The notes under the pieces: model-generated
The model's database searches: none
The model's input: the letters and a program-made list of their open reading frames with translations, nothing else
Told to the model about the DNA's origin: nothing
Program-made: the position numbers and the translations under genes
IMG/VR virus record: IMGVR_UViG_3300021335_000025
Location: 1 to 52,902 of that record
Direction: 5' to 3' (one strand)
DNA: 52,902 bases
DNA from: a virus
Lineage: Duplodnaviria; Caudoviricetes
In this document: positions 17,346 to 28,000 of the stretch, piece after piece
Numbering within the stretch: the first letter of the stretch is position 1
Layout: each line of letters begins with the position of its first letter

Positions 17346-20300
17346 TTAATTTGAGAAGTAAGTTATCACTGCTCTTCCATCGCCGCCAGTTTGTCCAATA
17401 GAAGTTGAAGTTGCTGAAGTATTTGCGATTATATTACCAGTAATACGCTCACCGCCAACAGCAATTGGAAAATTCCAAAATTCGGAACTCTGGCCACCAG
17501 GACTGGTAAGTATACCAGTTTGTGAGGATATAATAGTTACCCTAGACGGATCAAAGTAACCGCTTCCGCCGCCGCCACCGCCACCGCCTCCATATTGTCC
17601 AGAACCGCCTCCTCCACCACCACGCCATCCTGGACCTCCTGCTCCACCACAATCAGATGCAATAGGAGCATCGGAAACAAAGCTAACAAGTCTAGATGCA
17701 CCACCACCTCTTCCCCCAATATATCCACCAGTTGCATTAGCACCTTGTAATGGAGCACCAGTAGTATTCCATGGAGAATTTCCTCCTCTTCCACCAGTTG
17801 CTGGGTTTGTTGCAGTTGGATCAGATGATGCAGCATCAATTATGAAAGGAAAATATCCATTTTCCCCTTGAGTTGAATTTGCAATGACAACTCCGTTTCG
17901 TATTGAAGCACCTCCTGCTCCACCAGCAGAAGGAATACCACCTCTACCACCCCTTCCTGCTATAGCATATGATCCAGAAAGAGAGAGATATGATAATCCA
18001 TTTCCACCGTTTCTTCCAGTAACAGCTCCATTTCCCCCAACACCACCATCTCCACCTCTTGATCTTGTTGCATCACCTGGAACTGTATTAGCAGCGGCAC
18101 CAATTGGTCTTACAGATGCTCCTCCTCCACCGCCTCCGCCACCTACAATTAAAAGAACTTCGTTTGGAATAGTATCTCCATTCAAAATAGCAGTGTATCC
18201 ACCACTAGATCCTCCTACTGAACCGGGATCTGCTGGATTATTGAAAAACTTTTGGGTAATATTATTTTCAATCAATATTGTTACTGCTTCCCAGGCATCA
18301 TCATTACTTACATTAAATGAACCAGGATCTTCTTCTGGAGTTGTTGGATTCAAATTATATGCACACATTACAGTTGCTTCCTGTGATCCATTAGGATTCG
18401 TTCCAACAGATTGAAGAGCACCTAAAGTGTATCCACCTGGAGCTGTTGCTGTAATGCTTATATCGTCAACAAAAGCAAATGCTGCAACTATATTATTTGC
18501 AGCAACACCATTAATAGGTGGTGGATTTGGATTTCCATTGTTATCTGATGAATCGGCAAAAGATATTGTTGCTGCAGGATCAGCACCTCTAAAAACTTGA
18601 ACAATATGTGCAGTACCTCTTGGTTGTCCTCCTCCACCACCACCAACTTGAGTAGTAGTTCCAGTCAATCCATCAACAGTAGTTTCTAATGTAGATTCAA
18701 CAAACTTATATGAAAGTTGATATGAAGGGTCCTGACCATTAATATTGGTTATTGAAGTATAATTTAATGGTGTGGATAATGTTCCTCCATCAGAAACTGA
18801 AGCAACTAAAACTAAATCACCTACCTGAGTTCCTGTTGGCAATGTAATTGATCCAGTAAATGATGATGGTGTTGCTGTTGGTCTTAATGCAACAGTAACA
18901 GAATTCCAATCAACTCCAGGAGTTGTTATGGTAAAAGAAGTTGGTGTTTCAGTTGGAGTGTCTAGTAATCCACTTTCAAATGCATTGACTAATGTTGCTT
19001 CGGAAATGCCAGTTGAATTGCTTCCAACAGGATAAACTGGTCCTATAGTGTAATTTGGATTGGATATTGAAATTGCTGTCAGTGATACATCTCTAATAAA
19101 AACAAAAGGTACTACTGCATATTGAGAACCATCTAAACTAACAGCACTTGGATTAATTGTAGTATCATTTGTTCCATTGGCTGTTGATATGTTAATAGGG
19201 TCTGTGGTGCTTACATTTCTATAAACATAAGCAACATGTCTAATTAATGCACTATTACCATTATTATCCTCACCAAGCGGAGATAATCCAATTATCGAAT
19301 TATCTGCAGCAGATATCCACCTTTTCCAAGAAAGACTGTACCCAGTTCCAGAGTCAAGATTTGAAAAACCATCTGGTACATTTGGAATTCCAGCGTCAGC
19401 AACAGAAGCAACTATAATTATATCATTTGGTGCAGCTGCTATAGGAACTGTAGGAAGAGTTATAGATGTTGGACTCGCTATAAGATTATTACTACGACTA
19501 AGAAGAACACTAACTCCCCAACTTGGACCTAATAAACCTCCAAGATCAAATGGACTTGGATCATAGTTTACAGCAGTAGGTAATGCCCTGTTAGCTGCCA
19601 TTACAGTAGAATCAATTCTGGCAGGAGTTAATGCTATTGTAATTGCAAACCAGTTATCAGAACCATCTCCACCAAATGCATTAGGATTTATTGCTCCAGC
19701 AGTTGTTTGTAGTAAATATGCCGACATAACAGTTGCATTATTATTATCACCAGGACTACTAGTTGCAGCAACTGGACCTAGAGTAAATCCATCAGGTGCT
19801 GTAACTGATGGTGCTTCAGAATCATCGTCAAGAACTCCCAAAGCAACAATCATACAACCATCTATATTCGGTGTTACTTCGGGAGGATTTGGATCTCCCG
19901 TGTTATTCGTATCTTCGGCAGAATCATTAATTGGTTCGTCAGGATCAACACCCCTAAATGCTAAAACTGTATAAGCAATATTTTCATCGTCATTATCTGA
20001 AGGATCTGATAAATCATTCAAAGTAATTGAAGTTCCTGTAGCAAATGTATATGCTACTCTTCTACCGGGATTGGTTCCTCCTCCAGAAGATAAAGTAACC
20101 CAACCTGTTAAGGGATTAAGGCTTGTGGGAGTCGGAGAGGCAGGAGTTTGACCATCAGAACCAGCAACAACAATAACAAAATCACCTGCTTGTAATCCAT
20201 TTACAGTAAATGATGTATCTGCGGCATCAACCGCGACAAAAGTGTTTCCAGTTAATGTAGTAACTGGAGTCACTGAAGTTGGACTATTTGTAGAATTGGC

Positions 20301-21239
20301 AACTGTAAGATTTGAATGTCCACCTGGCGGAGTAATAGATCCTGGTGGAATACCAATATCATCAAAAAATCCAAAAGATACTCCCATAGATCCCGTTAAA
20401 TTGGCACTGATGAAAGGGGAATCTGGTTGATTAGTAGTAGCAAGCTGATTTACATCAATACCATTAACAGTATCGACATTTGCAAAAACTTGGGCAAGGT
20501 GAGAAACTGGTCTTGCAACACCATTTACTGTTAATGATGGAGTTAATCCTGATACACCTTCATTGGCAAAATCAGCAACTTTATATTGAACTCTATAACT
20601 TGGATTTCCACCATTGCTAAAAGATAATGTTGTATAATTTGTCAATTGTGGAATTGTTCCTTCATCGCAAGAAGATGCTAAAATAATGAGATCCCCTATG
20701 CTGTTTGTTGTTAATATAGATGTATCTCCTGTTGTTGCTGAAACGGAGCTTACATAAGAAACTGCTGGGTTAGATCCTGCAGCTGCTGCGACTGTAGATC
20801 TAAGTGTTGTAACTTCTGCTGGAGTTGTTAAAGTCACCGCACTATTTGCCGATGCTGATCCTACAGGTGTTATATTAGCAATATTTGTTGGAGCAAATTC
20901 TCCAGTATCTGGAACCGAAAAATACTCCGGGATTCCTCCACCTCCACCTCCACCTACCTGGACTCTGATATTATTAATTCCAAGGACATTTACTTTAGCT
21001 TTGACGTATCCCCCTGCTCCACCAGAACCAGATATTCCATCTCTAGCAGATCCTGATGCTCCACCACCACCCCAAAGTTCAACGTCAATAATAGGTGGGC
21101 CAACAATAATACCAGTATCAAATAATGCACTTGTATTCGCACTCTGAATGGTAAATATTGTTTTTATTGAATAATTGGTATTAAAAATTTCATCTTCAGT
21201 TTGTCCACCACCAACAATTAGAGCTTGCATTATAGGCAT
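17346..21239 (-). CDS. Glycine-rich fibre/adhesin-like protein with internal repeated beta-sandwich domains (1297 aa)
   Basis: VELWGGGG...GGAGGYV at the N-term, poly-Gly C-term ending GGDGRAVITY; about five GD(L/F/I)IxV modules in between; GGAG RBS. Confidence 0.75.
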   Translation of the reverse strand: MPIMQALIVGGGQTEDEIFNTNYSIKTIFTIQSANTSALFDTGIIVGPPIIDVELWGGGGASGSARDGISGSGGAGGYVKAKVNVLGINNIRVQVGGGGGGGIPEYFSVPDTGEFAPTNIANITPVGSASANSAVTLTTPAEVTTLRSTVAAAAGSNPAVSYVSSVSATTGDTSILTTNSIGDLIILASSCDEGTIPQLTNYTTLSFSNGGNPSYRVQYKVADFANEGVSGLTPSLTVNGVARPVSHLAQVFANVDTVNGIDVNQLATTNQPDSPFISANLTGSMGVSFGFFDDIGIPPGSITPPGGHSNLTVANSTNSPTSVTPVTTLTGNTFVAVDAADTSFTVNGLQAGDFVIVVAGSDGQTPASPTPTSLNPLTGWVTLSSGGGTNPGRRVAYTFATGTSITLNDLSDPSDNDDENIAYTVLAFRGVDPDEPINDSAEDTNNTGDPNPPEVTPNIDGCMIVALGVLDDDSEAPSVTAPDGFTLGPVAATSSPGDNNNATVMSAYLLQTTAGAINPNAFGGDGSDNWFAITIALTPARIDSTVMAANRALPTAVNYDPSPFDLGGLLGPSWGVSVLLSRSNNLIASPTSITLPTVPIAAAPNDIIIVASVADAGIPNVPDGFSNLDSGTGYSLSWKRWISAADNSIIGLSPLGEDNNGNSALIRHVAYVYRNVSTTDPINISTANGTNDTTINPSAVSLDGSQYAVVPFVFIRDVSLTAISISNPNYTIGPVYPVGSNSTGISEATLVNAFESGLLDTPTETPTSFTITTPGVDWNSVTVALRPTATPSSFTGSITLPTGTQVGDLVLVASVSDGGTLSTPLNYTSITNINGQDPSYQLSYKFVESTLETTVDGLTGTTTQVGGGGGGQPRGTAHIVQVFRGADPAATISFADSSDNNGNPNPPPINGVAANNIVAAFAFVDDISITATAPGGYTLGALQSVGTNPNGSQEATVMCAYNLNPTTPEEDPGSFNVSNDDAWEAVTILIENNITQKFFNNPADPGSVGGSSGGYTAILNGDTIPNEVLLIVGGGGGGGGASVRPIGAAANTVPGDATRSRGGDGGVGGNGAVTGRNGGNGLSYLSLSGSYAIAGRGGRGGIPSAGGAGGASIRNGVVIANSTQGENGYFPFIIDAASSDPTATNPATGGRGGNSPWNTTGAPLQGANATGGYIGGRGGGASRLVSFVSDAPIASDCGGAGGPGWRGGGGGGSGQYGGGGGGGGGSGYFDPSRVTIISSQTGILTSPGGQSSEFWNFPIAVGGERITGNIIANTSATSTSIGQTGGDGRAVITYFSN

Positions 21240-21263
21240 TTTTCAAATCTCCTTAATATAAAA

Positions 21264-23654
21264 TTAGAAAATGCCGACTCCGGCAACAATAAATTCAGTT
21301 CTTCCCACAGCATCAATACATAAAAACGTTGCGATTGCATTTTGAAGCATAGTAAAACTTACAATGCCAATGGTTCCGGGAACTCCTGCAAGTATATATG
21401 ATCCATTTGAAGTGCCTCCTTCAGTCCAACGAACAGTTGAAATGCCATCACCTACAACGTTTCTATTTACAACAGTTATTGCATCACCAACAGCAAAATT
21501 ATTATTTACAAATTCAACAAATGATGAAGTATTAATTACATGTTGTCCAACATAAGTTCCACCTATTGATGCTGTGGTTGGACCTTGAGGAATTGCTCTA
21601 AAATTGCCAATTCCATCCCTTAGAATTTCATTATTAAAATCATATCTTAGTTCTGCAGTAAAAAATGCTGTTGCAACTCCAAGACCGGCATCAAATTCAC
21701 TTATTGTTCCAATTTTAAATTCTCCACTGGGAGCATCAAAAGAATCAATAAAGTTTTCAACTTCAGTATCCGTATCAATTTCAACCCAAGAAAGACCAAT
21801 ACCCGTGGTATTATAAACAGTTGTTCCTGTTGAAACCAGCGCATAACCTTCATTTCCAAAACCACCATTAACAGTATTTGCGTTGATATTAATAGCAGCA
21901 ACAGTAAGGATTCCAACTCCCGGCGCAACCGCAGTTCCATCAGTTCCTTGAATTGTGATGTTTTCTGCTGTTAATCCATTAGTAAATGTTGAAATAGAAT
22001 TTACGGTTAATTTCTCTAATGGTGCTACTATATCCCCGATAGTTACATTATTTTTGAATGTTGTAATGCCTGTAAATTCTGAAAGTAAACTTACAGTGAA
22101 ATTATCTGTCGGCAATGATCTTCCAGGAACTCCAATTGAAGTTACTCCAATAACCTCTAAGTCAATCAGAGTATCTACATTAGTTAAAGAAGAATCCGTG
22201 ACTCCAGAACCAAGAGTTGTGGCACTTAAAACATCTTCTCCATCAATTCTGTAAGTTTTTCCAATACCTAAATCAATATTTTCTGAAGATTTTAAAGAAT
22301 CTGATGCTAAGTTATAAGTAAAACTCTTTTGAATAGTTCCAAGACCAATGGTAATACCACCAGTATCTAATAAAGCATTATCTAAGGATACTGATGTTCC
22401 AATTCCGATTTGAATATCAGCAATCGTAACTACAGTCGAATCAATGATTGTTTGTCTTCCATCTACATACAAATCACCTCTAATTCTAACGAGTCCTCTA
22501 TCATCTAATGTTGGTGCTGGATCAATAATAATCTCAGAAGGACCATAAATCGTGGAAACATTTGATGTTCCACCTAAACCACTGAAAATAGAAATACCTG
22601 CACCAACAGTTTCAAGTCTCTTTTCATTATTATAGAATAACTCTACTCCACTATCAGTAGTGAATTGGGCATAAAGATCTGCTAAAGAAGTATCTCTGAA
22701 TTCAATGTTATCACCAGCAATAACAAGAGAACCAGTTGGATTATCCTCAATAATATAACTATTTTCCGTAACAGGATCATGGAATAAAGTTAAATCACTT
22801 GAGATTCCTAAAGTTATTTCCGACACATCGGGAAGAGTTAATGTTCCGGCAATACCAGCGTTTCCGTTATTATAGAATCTATAATAAGGTATTACTCTAT
22901 CTGTTGCAACTCCAAGTGAAGTTTCTGTTGAGAATGCAACTACAAAAACATCACCTCTATCGGGTGCAATGAATGTATCACCAGTGTCTAAATTGGCAGT
23001 ATATACATTATACTCATCACCAATACTTTCACCAATACCAATTCCCTTAACTGTAAATGAATTAGAGTCTCCAAGAGGTCCAGATTTGCGAGTATCAATA
23101 CGAATAATTCCACCAACTCGACTTGTGTCTACAATTCCTGCTTGAGGAATATTTGCTCCCAGTGAAATTAAAGCGCCATCAACTTCTGTGAAGAGTGCAG
23201 AAGTTACGGAGTTTGCAAGTCCAGTAAATGAAATTCCAGAATCTGTTGCAGAACCAGTATTATCGGGAAGTTCTCCAATTAAAATATTACTATTCTCTGC
23301 ATCAGTAATTAGATGAATTTCTGATAAAGGTTGAGATGTTCCAATACCAATTCTGCCATCATTCTTTATGTTAAGATATGGAGTTGTTGGTGGACCATTT
23401 TGATCGGAAAGATTCTTATTATCAATTAAGAGTGAATCTCCACGACCTTTTTGAATTATTCTAACGGTTGGAGTTTCTCTATCATCAACAATATGAAATC
23501 TTGAATTTACGGGATCTGCCGTTCCTATGCCAACATTTCCCGTAGCACGATCTACTATCCAATATTCTGGATAGTTTCTTGGGAGATTTGGTATTGGTTC
23601 TGAATCTACAAACCCCTCTTCCTCTAGAAGTTCTTCTAATTCTTCTTCCGTCAT
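21264..23654 (-). CDS. Tail fibre-like protein (796 aa)
   Basis: GNVGIGT/GRIGIGT repeats, VELFYNNEKRLET fibre motif, C-term FIVAGVGIF. Confidence 0.7.
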   Translation of the reverse strand: MTEEELEELLEEEGFVDSEPIPNLPRNYPEYWIVDRATGNVGIGTADPVNSRFHIVDDRETPTVRIIQKGRGDSLLIDNKNLSDQNGPPTTPYLNIKNDGRIGIGTSQPLSEIHLITDAENSNILIGELPDNTGSATDSGISFTGLANSVTSALFTEVDGALISLGANIPQAGIVDTSRVGGIIRIDTRKSGPLGDSNSFTVKGIGIGESIGDEYNVYTANLDTGDTFIAPDRGDVFVVAFSTETSLGVATDRVIPYYRFYNNGNAGIAGTLTLPDVSEITLGISSDLTLFHDPVTENSYIIEDNPTGSLVIAGDNIEFRDTSLADLYAQFTTDSGVELFYNNEKRLETVGAGISIFSGLGGTSNVSTIYGPSEIIIDPAPTLDDRGLVRIRGDLYVDGRQTIIDSTVVTIADIQIGIGTSVSLDNALLDTGGITIGLGTIQKSFTYNLASDSLKSSENIDLGIGKTYRIDGEDVLSATTLGSGVTDSSLTNVDTLIDLEVIGVTSIGVPGRSLPTDNFTVSLLSEFTGITTFKNNVTIGDIVAPLEKLTVNSISTFTNGLTAENITIQGTDGTAVAPGVGILTVAAININANTVNGGFGNEGYALVSTGTTVYNTTGIGLSWVEIDTDTEVENFIDSFDAPSGEFKIGTISEFDAGLGVATAFFTAELRYDFNNEILRDGIGNFRAIPQGPTTASIGGTYVGQHVINTSSFVEFVNNNFAVGDAITVVNRNVVGDGISTVRWTEGGTSNGSYILAGVPGTIGIVSFTMLQNAIATFLCIDAVGRTEFIVAGVGIF

Positions 23655-23681
23655 ATTTTATCGCCTATTGTTTTATGTATA

Positions 23682-24488
23682 TTATTTTTTAATGTCGTAA
23701 TTGTATCCAACAATTGACCTTTGATTATTATCTCCAGGATAATCTTCAATATTTCCCTTATACTCTGGAATTAATTTTTCAGTATCAATTCTTTCTGCCA
23801 TAATATAATAGAAACAATCTATAGGAAGTCCTCCATTAGATTGTAAGTATATTTTTTCATTATCCCATCTTTTCACAATAACGTCTTGATGAGACCCAAT
23901 TGGCGTTAAATTCACTGTAATTGTTTTGACATCAACCAAATTTTTCCAATATTCAGGAAGTTTAATTTCTTTTTTATTTTTAACTCTTCCTCTAACATAT
24001 ACTGCTGCTTCAGGTCCTTCGACGCAAGAATGAGTAAGTCTCCAACCTTCTTTTGTTGGATGTTTAATATCAAAATCCTTTTTAATTGATAGTCTATGCC
24101 TTCCACATGCAGCAGTAACGTCTCCAATTGCTTCTAAACCCAAAGCTCTTACTTTTCTTCCAGCAGTAACGTCTTTTGCAACATCTAGATGATTAAAAAC
24201 AACAGCATCTCCCTTTACAGCAAGGGAATATGGGGAGTGATTTACTGGACCAAAACAACTTGGCAAATATCCCGGAACAAATGGTGGAGGTGAGTCGCTA
24301 TTACGCATCTTACCAATCATTACAGTTGCCCAAATATTTGGAAACTGATTTGCTCTTCCAAATACTGCAGGAGATTCGCAGTACATTGACCCCCTGATTT
24401 CAAAAGGTCCTCTACCAAGAAGTTCGGGGTTTCCTTTACCTATAAAAAGTCTCTTTCCTACTGTGACATCATCAAAACTAGCTGACAT
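23682..24488 (-). CDS. Baseplate/spike-associated protein with C-terminal FDIxHP...LxHSCVEGPE domain (268 aa)
   Basis: Lies downstream of gp5; the C-terminal domain resembles those ending phage fibre proteins (possible chaperone). Confidence 0.6.
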   Translation of the reverse strand: MSASFDDVTVGKRLFIGKGNPELLGRGPFEIRGSMYCESPAVFGRANQFPNIWATVMIGKMRNSDSPPPFVPGYLPSCFGPVNHSPYSLAVKGDAVVFNHLDVAKDVTAGRKVRALGLEAIGDVTAACGRHRLSIKKDFDIKHPTKEGWRLTHSCVEGPEAAVYVRGRVKNKKEIKLPEYWKNLVDVKTITVNLTPIGSHQDVIVKRWDNEKIYLQSNGGLPIDCFYYIMAERIDTEKLIPEYKGNIEDYPGDNNQRSIVGYNYDIKK

Positions 24489-24498
24489 TTTTTATATC

Positions 24499-25086
24499 TT
24501 AAACGAAGTTCTTTTTATTATGTATCTTAGCAACGTTAGATGGAAATTTGGACTTCTTAATTTTTTGTGCTGAAGTTGCAACATCAACAAGACCACCGTA
24601 AATATCCATAGAAGCATCAGCAACTAATTGCATTGAACCAGAAGAAAAGAATTTTGCAACAGAGTCGGCATCAATTTTTATATTTTTTGATTTTAAATTA
24701 ATCTCTTCATTTGATTCTAAATTAATGACTCCCGCATTATTTTTAGTTCCTTCCGCAATTAAATCAATATTTTCAGCATCAAGTTTAATTCTTCCATTTT
24801 TTGCTCTAAAAACAATGTCACCATTAATTGCCTCAAAATAAATTCCATACTTATTATAAGGAATATCATCACCCGCTTTTACTTCAAATGCTCCTGGACA
24901 ACGAATAATAGTCCAACCTTGTCTACCTTTATCAGCATCAAGAGTTATATAATGCCTATAATCATATCCACTACGAACCATATATGCCGAAAGAACATTA
25001 TCATTATGAACGTGACCTCTTATAGTTTCACTATCTTTAGTTCCTTTTCTATGAGCGTGATAATTCCTCTGTAATTTATCTGCCAT
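24499..25086 (-). CDS. gp5 C-terminal-like beta-strand repeat (spike) protein (195 aa)
   Basis: TAATG-coupled to gp5; periodic strands GDIVFRAKNGRIKLDAENIDLIA...INLKSKNIKIDA. Confidence 0.6.
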   Translation of the reverse strand: MADKLQRNYHAHRKGTKDSETIRGHVHNDNVLSAYMVRSGYDYRHYITLDADKGRQGWTIIRCPGAFEVKAGDDIPYNKYGIYFEAINGDIVFRAKNGRIKLDAENIDLIAEGTKNNAGVINLESNEEINLKSKNIKIDADSVAKFFSSGSMQLVADASMDIYGGLVDVATSAQKIKKSKFPSNVAKIHNKKNFV

Positions 25087-28000
25087 TAAAATTTACCTAC
25101 ACAATCTACAACAGAAATAATATTTTGACCTGGTGAAATCTCATCTTCAGGAAGATCGCCAATTCTACATACTGAAAATACAGGAATAAGTTTAGCATTG
25201 TACCCAGTCTCACTATCTATAAAGATTTCTGGAAGATCTAGGAAACCTTCTGAGTTCTTGATAATATTAACTTTTGCCAAAGAACCATTTTCATCAAACA
25301 CTGGTTCTAAAACAGCACCATAATTTGGTTCCATTACAATAGTATCTCCAGGACTATAATCAAAACCTGAATCTTTGATATAAATCTCATCTAAACATAA
25401 AACAACTGGATATTGACCATTACCAGAAGTTGGGAATTGTAAAGGAGATTCTAAATCATCGGGAATTTGTGGCGCGGTAATTTCGGCGGGATTTGAAACT
25501 TTATACGATACTCCTCCAGGAATATTTTCTAAAACATTTCCATCTGGTCCAAATATCTTTTCCGAAGTTCCTGCTGGCATACTCACTTCATCACCTGGAT
25601 TAAGTTTGATAACTTGTCCAGGATTATACGGTCTATCATAATCAAAATTTTCTCTTCTTACAGAAGTTTGCTCTTTAGTTTTCCAAATTCTTCCATCACC
25701 ACCTTCATCACCATCAAAACCTGACAAATATCCAGTTCCTGGATCAAGAATTATAACTTTTGCGACTCCACCTGGAGATTCTGTATTTTTATCTAATAAT
25801 TCTAAAGATGGTCCTTGAACTTTTTCAATTCTAAATGTTGCCCCACTTCCATTATCAACTGTTACAATATCTCCAACTTGATAGCCATCTCCAGGATCAA
25901 ATATTTCAATGCTAATTATAGAACCATCAATAATTTCTTCTGGATTAGTTTCATTTCCTTGATAGACAGCAGTAACTTCTTTTTCTTGATATGCGATAAT
26001 AAATTCTCCACCATTATCACCAACAGTTATTCTAGTTCCATCCATAGTAACTATTCTTCCACCAAATGCTCCTGCTTTAACTGGTTCTCCGCCAGTAGCA
26101 CCTGCTCTAATTTCTTTTATACCCGAAGTTAATTTGACATTACTTACTTCACTAACAACAGGAATTCCTCCTATTCCTCCTGCAGTGATAGGAAGTTCTC
26201 CGGCAAATACATTAGTTCCTCCAATACCCCCAACAGTTAAAGTTTTTGTTGAAACATTTGCAACATTACTACGTGGATTTGCAGATGCAAATGTAGAAAT
26301 TAATTGAGAATCAATTGCACCTAAAACTCCATCGTCACTTACATCAAGTATACCTGTTCCACCTATTGTATGAATACCAATATGTGCTAATATTTCGGCA
26401 TTAGTTGTCCTTGTTGCGTCAGGAGAAAGAGGAATTCCACTAAAATCTGTAATACCACTGCTATATGCAGCAAGTAGTGCGGAATCAGTATTCGTAATAA
26501 ATCCATCTCCATCAATATCAATAGCATCAAAATTATTTACAATTCTATCATAATCAGTTTTTGATAAATTTGATGGTTTTGTAAATTCTGGCGTTCCAAT
26601 TTGTATTGGAACTCCTCCTGCAGTTAATTTAATACCTTCAATAATCCGTACTGTTCTATCTTTATTAATATCTGGTGCAGGTGGTTGTCCGATTTCATCA
26701 ACAATTTCACCAATTACTGCATCGATTGTAGTTTCTATATTAACAGTCAAACCTTCACCAGTTCCACCTGTAGTTGAAACGTTAGAACCATCTGCATATC
26801 CTGTTCCTGAAGAAAGTAATACAACTTCTATTGGAGTTCCAGTAAAACCATCATTTCCTGCGAAAGGAACTTGACCACCAACTCCAGTTTGACCAATTGA
26901 CTGATCTGTTGGAGTTGTTTGAGTTTCTGGTAATGTTATTGGTTGACCATTACTTAAACCAGATGCAGAACCAGTTAATAATGTTGAAGCATCTATTAAA
27001 GTAGAATCTAAATCGATACCAGATCCTTGTCCACCTCTATTGTTATTGTTAAGGACAACTTTTGCTACGGCACCTTTTCCTTTTCCGCAAGGATCTCCAA
27101 TACTAATAAATGGTGCTTCTGTGTATCCAGAACCAGAACTTAAAATATCTACTCCGAGTATTTGTCCAGTTTGACTTACAATTGCATTTGCTGCCGCACC
27201 TACACCGCCACCGCCAAAAAATGACACTGTTGGTGGTCCACAAGGAACTGGACCGACTCCGCATCCAGCACCATCAAATAAATCATCAAATCCAATACCA
27301 GAAACTAATCCTGCGACATCTCCAACTGCACCAGTAACTTCATCAACAACTCCAATTCCAGATGCAGCTGCATTTAAAAATTGACCAGTTAATCCTTTAC
27401 CTGCCTTTTTTGCATTTTTAATAATTTTCTTTAAACTTACAGAACCCCCTCCATTATTCCCAGGTCCATCCCAAATACTCCACACATCAACAGATGGACC
27501 TTTTATTTTGGTTTCGCAAAAACTAAACCCAAGAATACCTTTCACAGTATCAAAAATTTCTCCTATTGCATTAAAACTAAGTGAAATTCCACCAATACCC
27601 TTAATTAAATTTGTTATAGAATTTAGGGGTTTGAATAATGCATCTAATGCCCCAGAAATTATTCCAGTAATTTTTCCTAAGAAACCTCCGACAAAATTTT
27701 CAAGCAGACATTCTGTTACATTGACTGCTTTTTTTGCAATATTTTTTAAAAAATTTCCAACTAATTTACCAAGTCCATTTAATGCTTTATTAAAAAGACA
27801 AGAAATTCCAAAGAGTACCTTGTCTCTTGCAGTTTTAACTCTTGGTCTTTCATTTGGCATAAAAAGGAAAGTCAATTTCTTGGAAATATCGTTTGCCTTT
27901 TCTATAACATTTTTTCTCAGTTCTTTAATAATCCATTTTATCTTACCAGAAACAAACTTAACTGCTTCATCTAATGCTTTTTGTATCTTATCCTGAAAAC

